Translations under genes and position numbers: made by a program | Source of the DNA: a bacterium | GTDB taxonomy: Bacteria > UBA8248 > JACPRG01 > G963555815 | Direction: 5' to 3' | NCBI GenBank assembly: GCA_965218795.1 | Contig: OZ244653.1 | Location: forward strand, 3,360,001-3,424,000 | Length of the DNA stretch: 64,000 bases | The notes under the pieces: model-generated | What the model saw: only the letters and a program-made list of their open reading frames with translations | What the model was told of the DNA's origin: nothing | Database searches by the model: none | Shown: positions 9,537 to 20,801 of the stretch, in pieces | Numbering within the stretch: position 1 is the stretch's first letter | Layout of the letters: the number at the start of each line of letters is the position of its first letter

Positions 9537-11252
9537 TCAATCAGAAAAACTTCTCAGACGCTTGCTGCGGCTCGGATGTCGCAGCTTCCGCAACGCCTTG
9601 GCTTCGATCTGCCGAATCCGCTCCCGGGTGACGTCAAACCCCTGGCCGACCTCTTCCAGCGTATGCTCGTTGTCCAAACCGATTCCAAACCGCTTTCGGA
9701 GAACCTTTTCCTCCCGGGGTGTCAAGGTCTGCAACACGCGCAAGGTTTGTTCCTTCAGGTCCATCTTGACGACAGCGTCCGAAGGCGAGATGACCTGCTT
9801 GTCTTCGATGAAATCGCCCAGATGGCTGTCTTCCTCTTCGCCGATGGGGGTCTCCAGGGAGATCGGCTCTTTGGCGATCTTGAGGACCTTGCGGATCTTG
9901 TCCACGGGCATTTCCATCCGCTCGGCGATTTCCTCCGGCGTGGGCTCCCGGCCGTTTTCCTGGACAAGGTAACGGGAGGTCCGAACGAGCTTGTTGATCG
10001 TTTCGATCATGTGAACGGGGATTCGGATGGTGCGCGCCTGATCGGCGATGGCGCGAGTGATGGCCTGGCGGATCCACCACGTCGCATAGGTACTGAACTT
10101 GTATCCGCGTTGGTATTCGAACTTGTCGACGGCCTTCATCAGGCCGATGTTGCCTTCCTGGATCAGGTCGAGGAACTGGAGCCCCCGATTGGTGTACTTC
10201 TTGGCAATGCTGACGACCAATCTCAGGTTCGCTTCGGCGAGCGCCTTCTTGGCCTGTTTATCCTTGCTCCACCCGCTCTTGATCCTCTTCACCGTCTCGG
10301 CCAGATCCTCGCGCGTGGCGCCGATTTCCTGCTCGATCTTCTTGATGCTTCGCTGGTGGGAGCGGATGCGGCGATCGAACTCCGCCAGGATTTCAACCTT
10401 GTGCTGGCCCTTCTTTTTCCGTCCGGTCCTTTTGGTTTCCCTCAGGATCCGGCGCAACCCGGGAAGATCGAGATCGACTTCCTCCAAAAGGGCCTGAATC
10501 TGCCGGTCGTGAGATTGAATCTCATTATATCCCTTGGTGGCCAGTTGAATGAAACGACCCACCTGACGCAGGGATAGCCCGATCTCCTGAATCAGCTCGA
10601 CAATGCGCTCCTGATTTTTCTTGATGGTTTTCATTGCGCTGGCGGAGGCTCCTGAATTCTGGGCCTTCTCAATGCGCCGGTAGGCGCTTCGGATCTTGCT
10701 GATCAACCCCGATACACGCGCCTTTTCCCGTTCCTCTTCCGTCTCGCCCTTTTCCTCGACGTCATGGGAGCCTGTGATGTCCATCGTCCGAATTCGACAT
10801 TCCCGCAGCGCTTCTCCCAAGCCAATGACCTCCTGCATGGCCACAGAGGTGGAGATGGCCGCTTCAATCACATCCATCTGCCCCTCTTCGATCCGCTTGG
10901 CAATCTTGATCTCGCCTTCGCGGCTCAGCAGGGGGATGGAACCCATCTCCCGCAGGTACATCCGGACGGGATCATCGGTCCGGCCGAGGCTGGCGTCATC
11001 CACCCGAAATTCCCGGTCCGGCTCATGCCGCTCGCCGTCGGAGTCCATGGACGCGCCGTGCTGAAATTCCTGATCCTTGTCAATGACATCAATGTCGACC
11101 TCCCCGAACACCGACATGATGTCGTCAATCTGTTCCGGCGAAACCACCTCCGGGGGCAGGAAATCGTTGACCTCCTCGTAGGTGAGATAGCCCTTCTCCT
11201 TGCCCAGAGAAATCAGCTGCTTGACCTCGTGAAGTTTTTCCTGATTCGACAT
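9537..11252 (-). CDS. rpoD: RNA polymerase primary sigma factor
   Basis: Region 1.1 [58 protein letters not shown]. Confidence 0.98.
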   Translation of the reverse strand: MSNQEKLHEVKQLISLGKEKGYLTYEEVNDFLPPEVVSPEQIDDIMSVFGEVDIDVIDKDQEFQHGASMDSDGERHEPDREFRVDDASLGRTDDPVRMYLREMGSIPLLSREGEIKIAKRIEEGQMDVIEAAISTSVAMQEVIGLGEALRECRIRTMDITGSHDVEEKGETEEEREKARVSGLISKIRSAYRRIEKAQNSGASASAMKTIKKNQERIVELIQEIGLSLRQVGRFIQLATKGYNEIQSHDRQIQALLEEVDLDLPGLRRILRETKRTGRKKKGQHKVEILAEFDRRIRSHQRSIKKIEQEIGATREDLAETVKRIKSGWSKDKQAKKALAEANLRLVVSIAKKYTNRGLQFLDLIQEGNIGLMKAVDKFEYQRGYKFSTYATWWIRQAITRAIADQARTIRIPVHMIETINKLVRTSRYLVQENGREPTPEEIAERMEMPVDKIRKVLKIAKEPISLETPIGEEEDSHLGDFIEDKQVISPSDAVVKMDLKEQTLRVLQTLTPREEKVLRKRFGIGLDNEHTLEEVGQGFDVTRERIRQIEAKALRKLRHPSRSKRLRSFSD

Positions 11253-11308
11253 GGGACCTTCCTTATTTCCAAGCATCTCCCCGTAGCCTCCGCTTGCCCA
11301 TCCAGGCC

Positions 11309-13249
11309 CTAGCCTGTGGAAGAGGCCTCCGTCATCCCTTGAATTTGCTTGACTTGGTGATGAAGCTCCGCTTGTTCCTTCCGCATGTCTTCCCGTTCTC
11401 TCAACAGGGAGAGGACCTCGTCGTCGTCCCCCCGCCGCTTGGCTTCGCTGACCTTCGACTCCCAATTCTGAATCCTGCGCTTCAATCCGTCCCTTCGAAT
11501 TCTGGCCAGACATTCCAGCGCAGCGCGGTCCGCCTCTTCTTCCCAAAACGGAGGCGTCATGGCCAACTCGGTGGCAAGCCGTTCTTCATTCGGATCCTGC
11601 AACGAAGAAACAACGGATTGGACCAGATCGCCCTCTCCGCTGCCCCGATGCTCGATGACTGCGGCGGCAATGCCGGCAAGAGCCGGAGTCGAGAACCGGG
11701 CGGGGGATATCTCCAGCCGATCCGCCAAATCCGGCTGATTCAGCAAAAGCTGCACGAGCATTTTCTCCGCCGGCGGAAGGGCCTCGGTCCTCGCCTTGAC
11801 CTCGACGGCCGCCTGAACGCGCTCATCCCGGCGTCCCCGCGATTGAAGGATCCTTTCCGCCAAATCCTCATCGATTTCCAGCCGCTGGCTGAGCTTCCGA
11901 ACGTACTCCCGTCGAACGGCTTCCTGCTGGCCGGAGAGGAACGATGCCGCCTCCTCGAGGGCCCGCACTCTCCCCTCGATGGGAGCGCCCTGCGGACAGG
12001 AGGATACGACCCCTTCCAACAGATAATCGATGAGATTTTCGGCATTCTCCAGCAGACCGTTGAATGCTTTTTCTCCGTGGACGCGCACGAAGCTGTCCGC
12101 GTCCTCCCCCGGCGGCAACGTCACGACCTGCAACGCCATCCGGTTCCATCCTCTTGCGCCGCCCGCCGACCCCAGTAATTTGGTCAATTCATCCCCGGCG
12201 CGCCACTCTCCCGGCAAGCCCGTCTGCTGATACTCCCCGAGAAGCATGGCGCCTCCCCGGCGGGCCGCACCTTCTCCGGCCGTATCGGGGTCAAAGCAGA
12301 GGAGAATCTTTTCACTCAACCCTTCTCGCCGAAGCGTGCGCACATGGTCGGGCGTCAAAGCCGTGCCCATCGAGGCCACGACATTGCGGATACCGTTCTG
12401 GTGCAGGGCGATCACGTCAAAATAACCTTCCACCAGCAATGCCGTGCGGCTGGCTCGAATCGCCTCACGGGATTGATGAAGGCCGTACAGTGTCCGGTTC
12501 TTTCTGAAGATGGCCGTGTCGGGTGAATTGAGATACTTGGGAGCGCCGTCCTGACCCCCGGCATCTGAATCCTCTTCCATCATCCGCCCGCCAAACCCGA
12601 GAACCGCACCGTTGGGAGAGTGGATGGGAAACAGAATCCGATCCCGAAAAACGTCGTAATAGCCATCCCGTCCGGATATCGGCTTGGCCAATCCCGCAGA
12701 TACAATCATTTCCGGGCGGGCTCCCCGGCGGGTCAGGTTTTCGAAAAGATTGCGCCAACCGACCGGGGCGAACCCCATGCCGAACGTTTCCACGGAATCC
12801 TGAGATATCCCCCGCTCGGACAGATACTTCCGGGCGCCGGCACCCGTCTTCGATCGGAGCGCGTCCTGATAGAATTCGGCGGCCCATGCATTGACCTTCC
12901 GAATCTCTTTGTCCTTGCGCTCCTCGGCCCTGTCCTCCGTGGTTTCCCGCCTTGCCGCCGGAAGGGAAATTCCCGCCTTGCCCGCCAAGATCTTCACCGT
13001 CTCGGGAAAGGTCAGATTCTGGTGAAGCATGAGGAACTTGAAGATGTCTCCTCCGCGGGAGCAACCGAAACAATGAAAGATTCGCTTGCCCGGATGGACG
13101 TTGAAGGACGGCGTTTTTTCTTCATGGAAAGGGCAAAGCCCTTTGTAATTGGCCCCTGCCTTCTTCAGCGCGACGGACTGGGAGATCAACTCGACAATGT
13201 CCACCGAGTCGCGAATCCGGGCCAGGATCTCATCGGAATAGGAGGCCAT
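11309..13249 (-). CDS. dnaG: DNA primase
   Basis: [15 protein letters not shown] zinc finger, [24 protein letters not shown]. Confidence 0.98.
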   Translation of the reverse strand: MASYSDEILARIRDSVDIVELISQSVALKKAGANYKGLCPFHEEKTPSFNVHPGKRIFHCFGCSRGGDIFKFLMLHQNLTFPETVKILAGKAGISLPAARRETTEDRAEERKDKEIRKVNAWAAEFYQDALRSKTGAGARKYLSERGISQDSVETFGMGFAPVGWRNLFENLTRRGARPEMIVSAGLAKPISGRDGYYDVFRDRILFPIHSPNGAVLGFGGRMMEEDSDAGGQDGAPKYLNSPDTAIFRKNRTLYGLHQSREAIRASRTALLVEGYFDVIALHQNGIRNVVASMGTALTPDHVRTLRREGLSEKILLCFDPDTAGEGAARRGGAMLLGEYQQTGLPGEWRAGDELTKLLGSAGGARGWNRMALQVVTLPPGEDADSFVRVHGEKAFNGLLENAENLIDYLLEGVVSSCPQGAPIEGRVRALEEAASFLSGQQEAVRREYVRKLSQRLEIDEDLAERILQSRGRRDERVQAAVEVKARTEALPPAEKMLVQLLLNQPDLADRLEISPARFSTPALAGIAAAVIEHRGSGEGDLVQSVVSSLQDPNEERLATELAMTPPFWEEEADRAALECLARIRRDGLKRRIQNWESKVSEAKRRGDDDEVLSLLREREDMRKEQAELHHQVKQIQGMTEASSTG

Positions 13250-13285
13250 GTTCGCTCTATCTCCGGTCCCCGCGGACGACCCCGC

Positions 13286-15748
13286 TCAGGGCATGCTGAC
13301 GGTCCGTTCTCCCGCCATCTCCACAACGGTCACTCCGTCTCCCCCGCCTTCGGGCTCTGCGGGAGCGAAGTTCTTCACAAGCGGATGACCTTCCAGCACC
13401 TCGGCAACGGCGCGTTTGAGCGCACCGGTTCCAATCCCGTGAATGATTCGAACAAAGGGCAAACCCGACAGGGCCGCTTCGTCCAGGTGCCTTTCAACCC
13501 GCTGCACGGCTTCCTCTGCGCGGTTGCCCAGCAGCTTCAACTCGATTCCCGCGCCGCCCCCGAAATCCATCGGCGCCCGTTCAGCACGTTCGATCGTCAC
13601 TCCGGTTTGGGCTTCCCTTCCTTTTTCTTCCCGGCCCAGGAGGATCAAGTCCTTTTCGGACAACCATGCGCGCTTGCCGTTCGCCTCGACGCACCACTCA
13701 CCTTTGCCGTTCCGTTTTCCCGTCACGACTCCATGCCAGCCCGTCGAACCGGACCGTACCCGGTCGCCGGCGCGGGCCGGGCGATGTTCCCTGACAGGGC
13801 GTTCCTCCTGCGGGACTTCGGACAATACCTCGTCACGGACCTTCTCCAGCTCGGCCACCCGTTGTCTGGCCAGGGCTTTGGCTCCGGGGGCGCCTTGGGC
13901 TCCACCCCGTCCCAATGCGCGAACCTCCCGCTGCAGATTGTGAACCTCCAAACGGGCGTCGCGCAGAAACCTCCCGGCCTTTTCATGAAAACGCTCGAGT
14001 TGCTCGGCAAGCCCGCGGCGCGTTTCGCGGGCCGCGGCCAATTCCGACTCAACGGCCTCTCGATCCCGGGCCACCCCTTCTTCCATGACCTGGAGCCGTC
14101 GCTCCCGGGCTTCCAGACGGTCGCCCAGGGTCCGCAGGTTCGGGTCGCCCCCGGAAACGATATCCTTCGCCCGCTCCACCACGTCCTCGGGCATACCCAG
14201 TCTTCCGGCCACGTCGAGGGCGTAGCTCGTGCCCGCAACCCCTTGGACCAGGCGATACGCGGGAGACAGCTTTTCCTTATCGAACTCAACCGCCGCGTTC
14301 ATCGCGCTGGGGGCTTGGTCGCCATAGGTTTTCAGGGCTTCATGATGCGTGGTCACGATCACCCAGGCCCCGCGCGAGACCAGGGCTTCCAAGAGGGCAA
14401 CCGCGAGGGCCGACCCTTCGGCGGGATCCGTCCCGGCGCCCAACTCATCCAGGAGAATGATCGAACGGTCGGTCGATTCGGCCAGGAAATCCACTTGGTG
14501 GGTGAGACGGGCCGAAAATGTGCTCAGGCTTTGGACCAGACTCTGATCGTCTCCGATGTCGGCAAAAACCCTGTCCAGGCGAGGGATGACCGTCCCCTCC
14601 GCCGCGGGGATGGGGCACCCTGCGTGCGCCATCAACGCGAGCAGTCCGACGGTCTTCAACGCGACGGTCTTGCCGCCGGTATTGGCGCCCGTGACGATCA
14701 ACTGGCGGTCCATTCCCTCCAGGTGAAGGTCCAGAGGGACGACGCCGGCCTTCCCCTTCTGTTTCTGGAGCAGGGGATGTCTGGCTTGGACCAGCCGAAA
14801 CCGTTCGCCCTCTGTCATCTCCGGCTCGATACAATCGAACGCAACTGCAAACCGGGCGATCGCCAATTGCACGTCAAATTCGATCAGCCATTCGGTCAGC
14901 GCTTCGAGCCCGGACCGGCGCTGCCTGATTTCATCGGTTAATTCGCGGAGGATTCGGTACGTCTCGGCCGCCTCGCCAACCCGCAGCTCGGCCAGCCGAT
15001 CGTTTTCAGACTGGATAATCTGGGGTTCGACATAGAGGGTCTGCCCGCTCGCGGATTGATCGAGAATGATGCCGCGCAACCCCCTCCGGAATCCCGGTTT
15101 GGCGGGAATGACGTACCGGTCACGGCGGATCAGGACGAGCGGCTCCTGCAGGATGTCCGCCCAATCCTGAACCTTGGATTCCAGGGTCGCGCGGATCCGG
15201 TTTCGCAGGGAAAGAAGGGCGTTCCGCATTTTCTTGAGGGCGGGGCTGGCATGGTCCGCAACCGTCCCGTCCTTTTCGAAGGATCGCTGAATTCGCTCGG
15301 CCAGCTGGGGTAGATCGGAGAGTTTCGGCGCGTCGGACAGGAGGTGTCGGCATGCGGGTTCACCGGCCAGAACCCACCGATGAACGGAAACGGCGCGCTC
15401 GATGGCGTCTCCCACCGCGACAATCCGTCCCGTTTCCAGGGGCTCCGCCCCTTCTTTGATCAAGTGAAGCCATTCCCGCAGGTCCATGAAACCGGACACC
15501 GGGCAAGGAGCGTCCGATAGCAGTCTGCGCAACTCGGCGACTCGGTCGAATCGTCTTCGTACGAAATCGGGGGAATCCGCGGCGGTCAGTCGGCCAATGG
15601 CCCGAGCTCCCGGTTCGGAGCTCGCGAATTCGGCGAGAAGTTGCCGAAGGGCGTCAAATTCGAGCGCCGCTGCGCCGCTTTCGGAGATGATGGATGGAGA
15701 GTGGATGGCACCGTCTCCTGTCTGACAACCGACCAGCCTAACGATCAT
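13286..15748 (-). CDS. mutS2: Endonuclease MutS2 (start approximate)
   Basis: TGANTGGKT Walker A, IGDDQS, DELGAGTDP, Smr IIHGIGTGAL. Confidence 0.95.
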   Translation of the reverse strand: MIVRLVGCQTGDGAIHSPSIISESGAAALEFDALRQLLAEFASSEPGARAIGRLTAADSPDFVRRRFDRVAELRRLLSDAPCPVSGFMDLREWLHLIKEGAEPLETGRIVAVGDAIERAVSVHRWVLAGEPACRHLLSDAPKLSDLPQLAERIQRSFEKDGTVADHASPALKKMRNALLSLRNRIRATLESKVQDWADILQEPLVLIRRDRYVIPAKPGFRRGLRGIILDQSASGQTLYVEPQIIQSENDRLAELRVGEAAETYRILRELTDEIRQRRSGLEALTEWLIEFDVQLAIARFAVAFDCIEPEMTEGERFRLVQARHPLLQKQKGKAGVVPLDLHLEGMDRQLIVTGANTGGKTVALKTVGLLALMAHAGCPIPAAEGTVIPRLDRVFADIGDDQSLVQSLSTFSARLTHQVDFLAESTDRSIILLDELGAGTDPAEGSALAVALLEALVSRGAWVIVTTHHEALKTYGDQAPSAMNAAVEFDKEKLSPAYRLVQGVAGTSYALDVAGRLGMPEDVVERAKDIVSGGDPNLRTLGDRLEARERRLQVMEEGVARDREAVESELAAARETRRGLAEQLERFHEKAGRFLRDARLEVHNLQREVRALGRGGAQGAPGAKALARQRVAELEKVRDEVLSEVPQEERPVREHRPARAGDRVRSGSTGWHGVVTGKRNGKGEWCVEANGKRAWLSEKDLILLGREEKGREAQTGVTIERAERAPMDFGGGAGIELKLLGNRAEEAVQRVERHLDEAALSGLPFVRIIHGIGTGALKRAVAEVLEGHPLVKNFAPAEPEGGGDGVTVVEMAGERTVSMP

Positions 15749-16130
15749 CCTGCGGGAGAACGTTTCAATCCCCCATAAGAGAAGCTGTTGCGAGGATCAG
15801 CAACGGTCTCGACAGAAAACACTTCTTCTCAAAGCTTGAAATGCAGGCCGCGGGAATGGTTTGGAAGCGAAATGGAACCGGATGGGAGAGACCCTGAAGA
15901 CTGGTCGGCACCATGGCATGTCTGAGAGGCGCCAAACCCATCCTCATACACAGCGGCTCCCGAGGATCCATCGAATCAGAAAGACGGAAGAGACCAAGGA
16001 TTGTTGAAACGCCATCGCGGGTACCGGACGACCATCGAATGGACGAGAAAATTACCGGAAAATGAGCATGAATCAATCACTTGGCTAAACCACGAATATA
16101 TTGTCGCCCCTCGATTTTGTCAACGAAATG

Positions 16131-16817
16131 TCACGGACTTGTCCGCGCCCTTTTCTCCTGGATTCCCGAGGTTCCAAACCGCCTTTTCAGCTCTTCGAAA
16201 ATGTCACCCGGTCCGCATTCCAGAGAGGAAAGGAGAACCAACGTGTGGAACCAGAGGTCCGTCACCTCGTTGACCAGATCATTCGCATTTTCTTTGCTGG
16301 CAGCGGCGATAACTTCCGCTGATTCTTCACCTATCTTTTTCAAAATCTTGTTTTGACCCTTTTGAAAAAGGGATTGAACGTAGGATTCACTATCACCCTG
16401 ACCGACCCTGAGGGCTTCCTTCCTTGACTCGATGACTTCGAATACTCGGCGAACCATCAGGTCGAGGTCCCAGGCCCCGATGGAGCCGGATTCATCGACC
16501 ACGCCATCCGCGGTGTGGAAAAAACAGGCGGGGCGCCCGGTGTGGCAGGCGACGCCCTCCTGCTCAACACGCAGGAGAACGGCATCCAGGTCACAATCGA
16601 AGTGGAGGGCGACCACCCGCTGGACGTGACCGGAGGTTTCCCCTTTTTTCCAGATTTCGTTCCGTGAGCGGCTGAAATAATGGGCGAACCCGGTCTTCCT
16701 TGTGAGTTCCAGGCTCTCCGCATCCATATAGGCGAGCATCAGAACCCGGCCGCTCCGGTCGTCCTGGGCGACGGCGGGAACCAACCCGCGCTCATCGAAT
16801 TTCACTTCCAAAACCAT
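16131..16817 (-). CDS. hisIE: Bifunctional phosphoribosyl-AMP cyclohydrolase / phosphoribosyl-ATP pyrophosphatase
   Basis: WKKGETSGH, DCDLD, ACHTG, KKIGEESAE. Confidence 0.96.
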   Translation of the reverse strand: MVLEVKFDERGLVPAVAQDDRSGRVLMLAYMDAESLELTRKTGFAHYFSRSRNEIWKKGETSGHVQRVVALHFDCDLDAVLLRVEQEGVACHTGRPACFFHTADGVVDESGSIGAWDLDLMVRRVFEVIESRKEALRVGQGDSESYVQSLFQKGQNKILKKIGEESAEVIAAASKENANDLVNEVTDLWFHTLVLLSSLECGPGDIFEELKRRFGTSGIQEKRARTSP

Positions 16818-16841
16818 GTGTGCCCTCCCCCGGGGACTCCA

Positions 16842-17612
16842 TCACTGCATTCGGACACAGACGCCTTGATCGAGCAGATATTTCTTCACGGAGGAAACCG
16901 TCCATTCGCCGAAATGGAAGATGGATGCCGCCAGAGCCGCGTCGGCGCCTCCTTCCACCAAACCCTGCCGAAGGTGATCGGGACTTCCCACGCCGCCCGA
17001 GGCGACCACCGGAATGGAGACGGCATCCGAGACCGCCCGGGTCAACGCGAGGTCGTATCCCTCCCTGGTGCCGTCGCGATCCATACTCGTCAGCAGAATC
17101 TCCCCTGCGCCGCACTCCTCCGCCTCCTCCACCCATTCCAGGGCATCGATTCCCCTGGGTTTCCGGCCGCCATGGGTGTAGACCTCCCACCGAGCATCGT
17201 TTCCCCCGTCCTTCCGCTTCGCGTCCACGGCCACAACGATGCACTGGCTGCCGAAACGTCTTGCGCCTTCCCCGATGAGCTCGGGACGCTCGACGGCCGC
17301 CGTGTTGACCGAAACCTTGTCCGCCCCGGCGCGGAGGAGTTCCCGGATATCCTCGATCGTGCGGACGCCCCCTCCGACGGTCAAAGGGATGAATACGCGC
17401 TCGGCCGTCCTCGTCACCACGTCCAGAATGATCGGTCGTTCCTCATGGGAGGCCGTGATGTCCAGGAATGTGATTTCGTCGGCCCCCTCTCCGCTGTACG
17501 CTTCCGCGGCCTCCACCGGGTCGCCCGCGTCCACGAGGTTCAAGAAATTGATCCCCTTGACGACCCGCCCCGCGTTGACATCGAGACACGGAATGATCCG
17601 TTTGGCTAGCAT
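16842..17612 (-). CDS. hisF: Imidazole glycerol phosphate synthase cyclase subunit
   Basis: [30 protein letters not shown]. Confidence 0.97.
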   Translation of the reverse strand: MLAKRIIPCLDVNAGRVVKGINFLNLVDAGDPVEAAEAYSGEGADEITFLDITASHEERPIILDVVTRTAERVFIPLTVGGGVRTIEDIRELLRAGADKVSVNTAAVERPELIGEGARRFGSQCIVVAVDAKRKDGGNDARWEVYTHGGRKPRGIDALEWVEEAEECGAGEILLTSMDRDGTREGYDLALTRAVSDAVSIPVVASGGVGSPDHLRQGLVEGGADAALAASIFHFGEWTVSSVKKYLLDQGVCVRMQ

Positions 17613-18331
17613 CCGGCCAGCTCCAGGGCGCGCGTGAAGTCCAAACGCCCTTCGTAGATCGCCCGGCCCGTGATCACGCCCATGACCCCCTCCGCCTCCA
17701 GCGGCAGGAGGGAGGCAATATCCTCCAGAGAAGAAACGCCGCCCGAGGCGATGACCGGTATGGACAGGCTCCGGGCCAGAGACCGTGTCGCCCCGACGTT
17801 GGGACCGGCCATCGCGCCGTCCTTGACGATATCCGTAAAAACGACGGCAGCGGGGTTTCCAGGCTCGTAGGTCCTGGCCAGATCCGCCGCTTCCACGTCC
17901 GTGCCCTCTTCCCATCCGGAGACGGCGACCTTTCCTTCCCGCGCATCGATACCCAGGAGGATTTCGCCCGGATGCTCTTTGAGGGCGGCATGGGAAAACT
18001 CCGGGTCCCGATGAAGCAGGGTTCCCAGGATGAGGAACGATGCCCCCGCGTCGAACGCCCGCCGGAGGCTCTCCTCGTTGCGGATTCCGCCGCCGAACTG
18101 TATGGGGACCGGAACCCGGGAGGCGATATCCTCCAGCACGCGCAGGTTGGCCCCCCGGCCCTCGAAGGCGCCGTCGAGATCCACGATGTGAAGACGCTGC
18201 GCGCCCTGGTCAACCCACTTCCGGGCCATCCCCACCGGGTCGCCGCTGAAGACCGTCTCCTTGTCGCGCCGCCCCTGGTAGAGCCGGACGCACCGTCCGT
18301 TTTTCAAATCGATGGCCGGGATGATGAGCAT
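17606..18331 (-). CDS. hisA: ProFAR isomerase
   Basis: [37 protein letters not shown]. Confidence 0.97.
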   Translation of the reverse strand: MLIIPAIDLKNGRCVRLYQGRRDKETVFSGDPVGMARKWVDQGAQRLHIVDLDGAFEGRGANLRVLEDIASRVPVPIQFGGGIRNEESLRRAFDAGASFLILGTLLHRDPEFSHAALKEHPGEILLGIDAREGKVAVSGWEEGTDVEAADLARTYEPGNPAAVVFTDIVKDGAMAGPNVGATRSLARSLSIPVIASGGVSSLEDIASLLPLEAEGVMGVITGRAIYEGRLDFTRALELAGC

Positions 18332-18472
18332 GTGTTTTCGCTTCGCGGCAAACCTTCCGACTGCTTCATCCCGATTTCCGTCGCGGATCGAAGGACCCTG
18401 CGCGCAAATCGGGCCTGCGATTGCGGAACCGACAACTCCGCCTTCAAGGAAACGGCGGCCCACCATTCCAAC

Positions 18473-18700
18473 GTAGCCCCAATCTGAGCAAGGTCCGAGC
18501 GGATATCGGGGATTACTTCGAATACACGACCTCTTCGTCGATTCATCCGGCCAAGCGGCTTTCGGTATCTTGACCCATCTTGAGATTCTCAGTGCGAAAT
18601 CGGCAGTTCCCGCTTTGCTCAAGAAAAAAGAGCGCCTTGCGGTCAATGGCCTGTAGCTCCGAATCTGAGCGAGGCTCGAAGGGCCGAGCGGAGATCGGAG
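18473..18700 (+). repeat. GTAG-type REP hairpins (18473-18511 and 18653-18700)
   Basis: GTAGCCCCAATCTGAGC..ATCGGGG and GTAGCTCCGAATCTGAGC..GATCGGAG imperfect palindromes next to a RAYT. Confidence 0.65.
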
Positions 18701-18701
18701 G

Positions 18702-19182
18702 TCAAGCCGAATATCTGTCTGTTACCCCATCGTCAAATTCGAAAAGATAAGCCCGCGCGCTGTTGAATGCATAGTCGGCCGGCGATGCTGCAAGTCCTTT
18801 GCGCACAGGATTTTCGTGCATGTAATCGATTTGCATACGCCAGTGCCGATTCATTTCTCAAGCCTCGGTCGAAAAATGAATGCTGCCAAACAGTCCCAAT
18901 GCCTCGAATATTCTTGTTGTACCTTCGGGCAAACCTTCCTTTGACGCGCTTCATGATCTCTGAAAGCCCAGCAACCGAGATCGGATGAAGTATCAGATGG
19001 ACGTGATCCGGCATGATTACGTAGCCGTAAACCCTAAAAGAGAGTTCCACTTTATATGTCCGCAGCTCCCCGAGAAGAAGTTCAACCGCCTCGGTTTCCT
19101 GAAAAATGGGCCTCCTCCTATGTGAGACCGTTGTGACGAAGTAGCCAGCGCCGGCTTCCTCGAACCTCCTCAGCTTGGACAT
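18702..19182 (-). pseudogene. REP-associated tyrosine transposase (RAYT), frameshifted
   Basis: YFVTT, GYVIMPDHVH (HUH), WQHSFFD; the catalytic DYMHENPV segment lies in a different frame after about 18830. Confidence 0.85.
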
Positions 19183-19250
19183 CTCGAATCCCTGCTAATA
19201 TCACATCGGCCATCCTTCTGAACCTCTCGGCCTGCGCTCGCCGGGAGAAT

Positions 19251-19285
19251 CGCCCCGATTTCCACTATGCTCAAATCGGGGCTAC
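19251..19285 (-). repeat. GTAG-type REP hairpin, inverted relative to the left copies
   Basis: Minus strand GTAGCCCCGATTTGAGC..AAATCGGGGCG. Confidence 0.65.
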
Positions 19286-19550
19286 GGCCTGTTCGATCAG
19301 AAGGGTAACTGATGATTTTTCTTCTTCTGTTTTGCGAGGCTTTTTGAGCCATCTCGCAATCCTTCGCGGACAAGACAAGCGCGGCCGGTACGGAGCCCGG
19401 CCCCTGCGTGATCATCGAACCGAATTCGATCTCCATGCAGGGGCGGGGCTTCAGCCTGTGGCTGTTCAGCCCGTGGCTGTCCGTACCCGCCCTTGCATCT
19501 TCAGAGCGCAGTTCATGGGGCAGATCGCCCTTTGCGCGGCCGCGGAAAGC

Positions 19551-20204
19551 TTACAACCCCTTCGCCCACCCGACGAAGTTTTCGAGAATTTTCAAGCCCA
19601 GGGGGCCGCTCCGCTCCGGATGAAACTGACAAGCGAAGACGTTGTCGCGGAACACGCTGGAGACGAAGCTCACGCCGTAATCCGTCCGGGTGGAGACGAT
19701 GGCCTCGTCGCCCGGGTCGACAAAGAACGAATGCACAAAGTACAGCCAGGCGCCTTCGGGGGTATCGGCGACTCCCTTGAGGAGGGGAACGCTTTCCGGG
19801 TCTCTCGGGAGGGCCTGATTCCAGCCCATGTGCGGAATCTTCAGCCGATTCCCCCCGCGGTTGGTCATTGCCTTGGGAAACGGAACGACATCTCCCGCGA
19901 ACCAGCCCAGGCCCCGGGTCTCCCCGAACTCTCCGCTGCGCTCAAAAAGCACCTGGAGTCCCAGACAAATCCCAAGAAACGGCTTTCCCGACCGGACGGC
20001 GTCGAGGACGGCAGCGTCCAGACCCGCTTCCCGGAGATTCCGCATGCAGTCTCCGAAGGCCCCGACGCCCGGAAGGACGACGGCATTCGCCAAGGGCACC
20101 TCTTCCGGACGCGACACAACCCGAGCATCTTCACCGATCGCCCGAAATCCGTTCTGGACGCTCCGGAGATTGCCCATTCCGTAATCGACGATGACGATTT
20201 TCAC
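19551..20204 (-). CDS. hisH: Imidazole glycerol phosphate synthase glutaminase subunit
   Basis: IVDYGMGNLRSV, GICLGLQ, QFHPERS. Confidence 0.97.
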   Translation of the reverse strand: MKIVIVDYGMGNLRSVQNGFRAIGEDARVVSRPEEVPLANAVVLPGVGAFGDCMRNLREAGLDAAVLDAVRSGKPFLGICLGLQVLFERSGEFGETRGLGWFAGDVVPFPKAMTNRGGNRLKIPHMGWNQALPRDPESVPLLKGVADTPEGAWLYFVHSFFVDPGDEAIVSTRTDYGVSFVSSVFRDNVFACQFHPERSGPLGLKILENFVGWAKGL

Positions 20205-20788
20205 AGCGCCCCCTTTGTGGACGGGACCCCTTCGCGCCGGGGATCGGGCGAAACGGCGTCGCGCAGGGCCCTGCCGAATCCCTTGAAAACGGACTCCACC
20301 ATGTGATGGGTGTTCGTCCCGTGAAGGACTTCGACGTGCAAGTCGACCCCCCCATTCGTCGAGAAGGCCGAAAGGAACTCCTCCACCAGCTGCACGTCGA
20401 ATCTTCCCGTCTTCGAGGCGGGGTAGTTGCACCGGTAGTACAAAAAGGGCCGTCCGCTCAGGTCGAGGACAACACGGGCCAGAGCGTCCATCATGGGCGA
20501 CAGCGCGCTCCCGTAACGCCGAATGCCGGCTTTGTCGCCCAGGGCCTCCCGCAGGGCGGCGCCCAGGCAAATCCCGACGTCCTCCACCGTGTGGTGGTCA
20601 TCCACCTCGACGTCTCCCCGGGCCTTGACCCGCAGGTCGAAGAGCCCGTGTTTCGCCACCTGATCGAGCATGTGGTCGAAAAACGGAACGCCGGACTCGA
20701 TATCGGATTCTCCGACGCCCTCCAGATCCAACGCCAGCTCGATCTGTGTCTCGCTCGTCTTCCGCTCGATTCGGCCCGTTCGACTCAT
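20201..20788 (-). CDS. hisB: Imidazoleglycerol-phosphate dehydratase
   Basis: DDHHTVED, NTHHMVES, PSTKGAL. Confidence 0.97.
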   Translation of the reverse strand: MSRTGRIERKTSETQIELALDLEGVGESDIESGVPFFDHMLDQVAKHGLFDLRVKARGDVEVDDHHTVEDVGICLGAALREALGDKAGIRRYGSALSPMMDALARVVLDLSGRPFLYYRCNYPASKTGRFDVQLVEEFLSAFSTNGGVDLHVEVLHGTNTHHMVESVFKGFGRALRDAVSPDPRREGVPSTKGAL

Positions 20789-20801
20789 CGGAGTTCTTTC
20801 C

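Noticed and set aside
11253-11546. Long N-terminal extensions of rpoD (also hisF, hisA, hisH, hisB and prmC) in the ORF track
   Set aside because: They overlap upstream genes or intergenic repeats; canonical starts lie downstream
12620-14941. 773-aa plus-strand ORF and many other long antisense ORFs (e.g. 3035-4558, 26632-27681, 38630-39835, 62132-63361)
   Set aside because: Shadow frames of well-supported genes in GC-rich DNA; no motifs of their own
15765-16076. Decayed gene (e.g. cvpA) upstream of mutS2
   Set aside because: No convincing motif in any frame by eye; needs blastx
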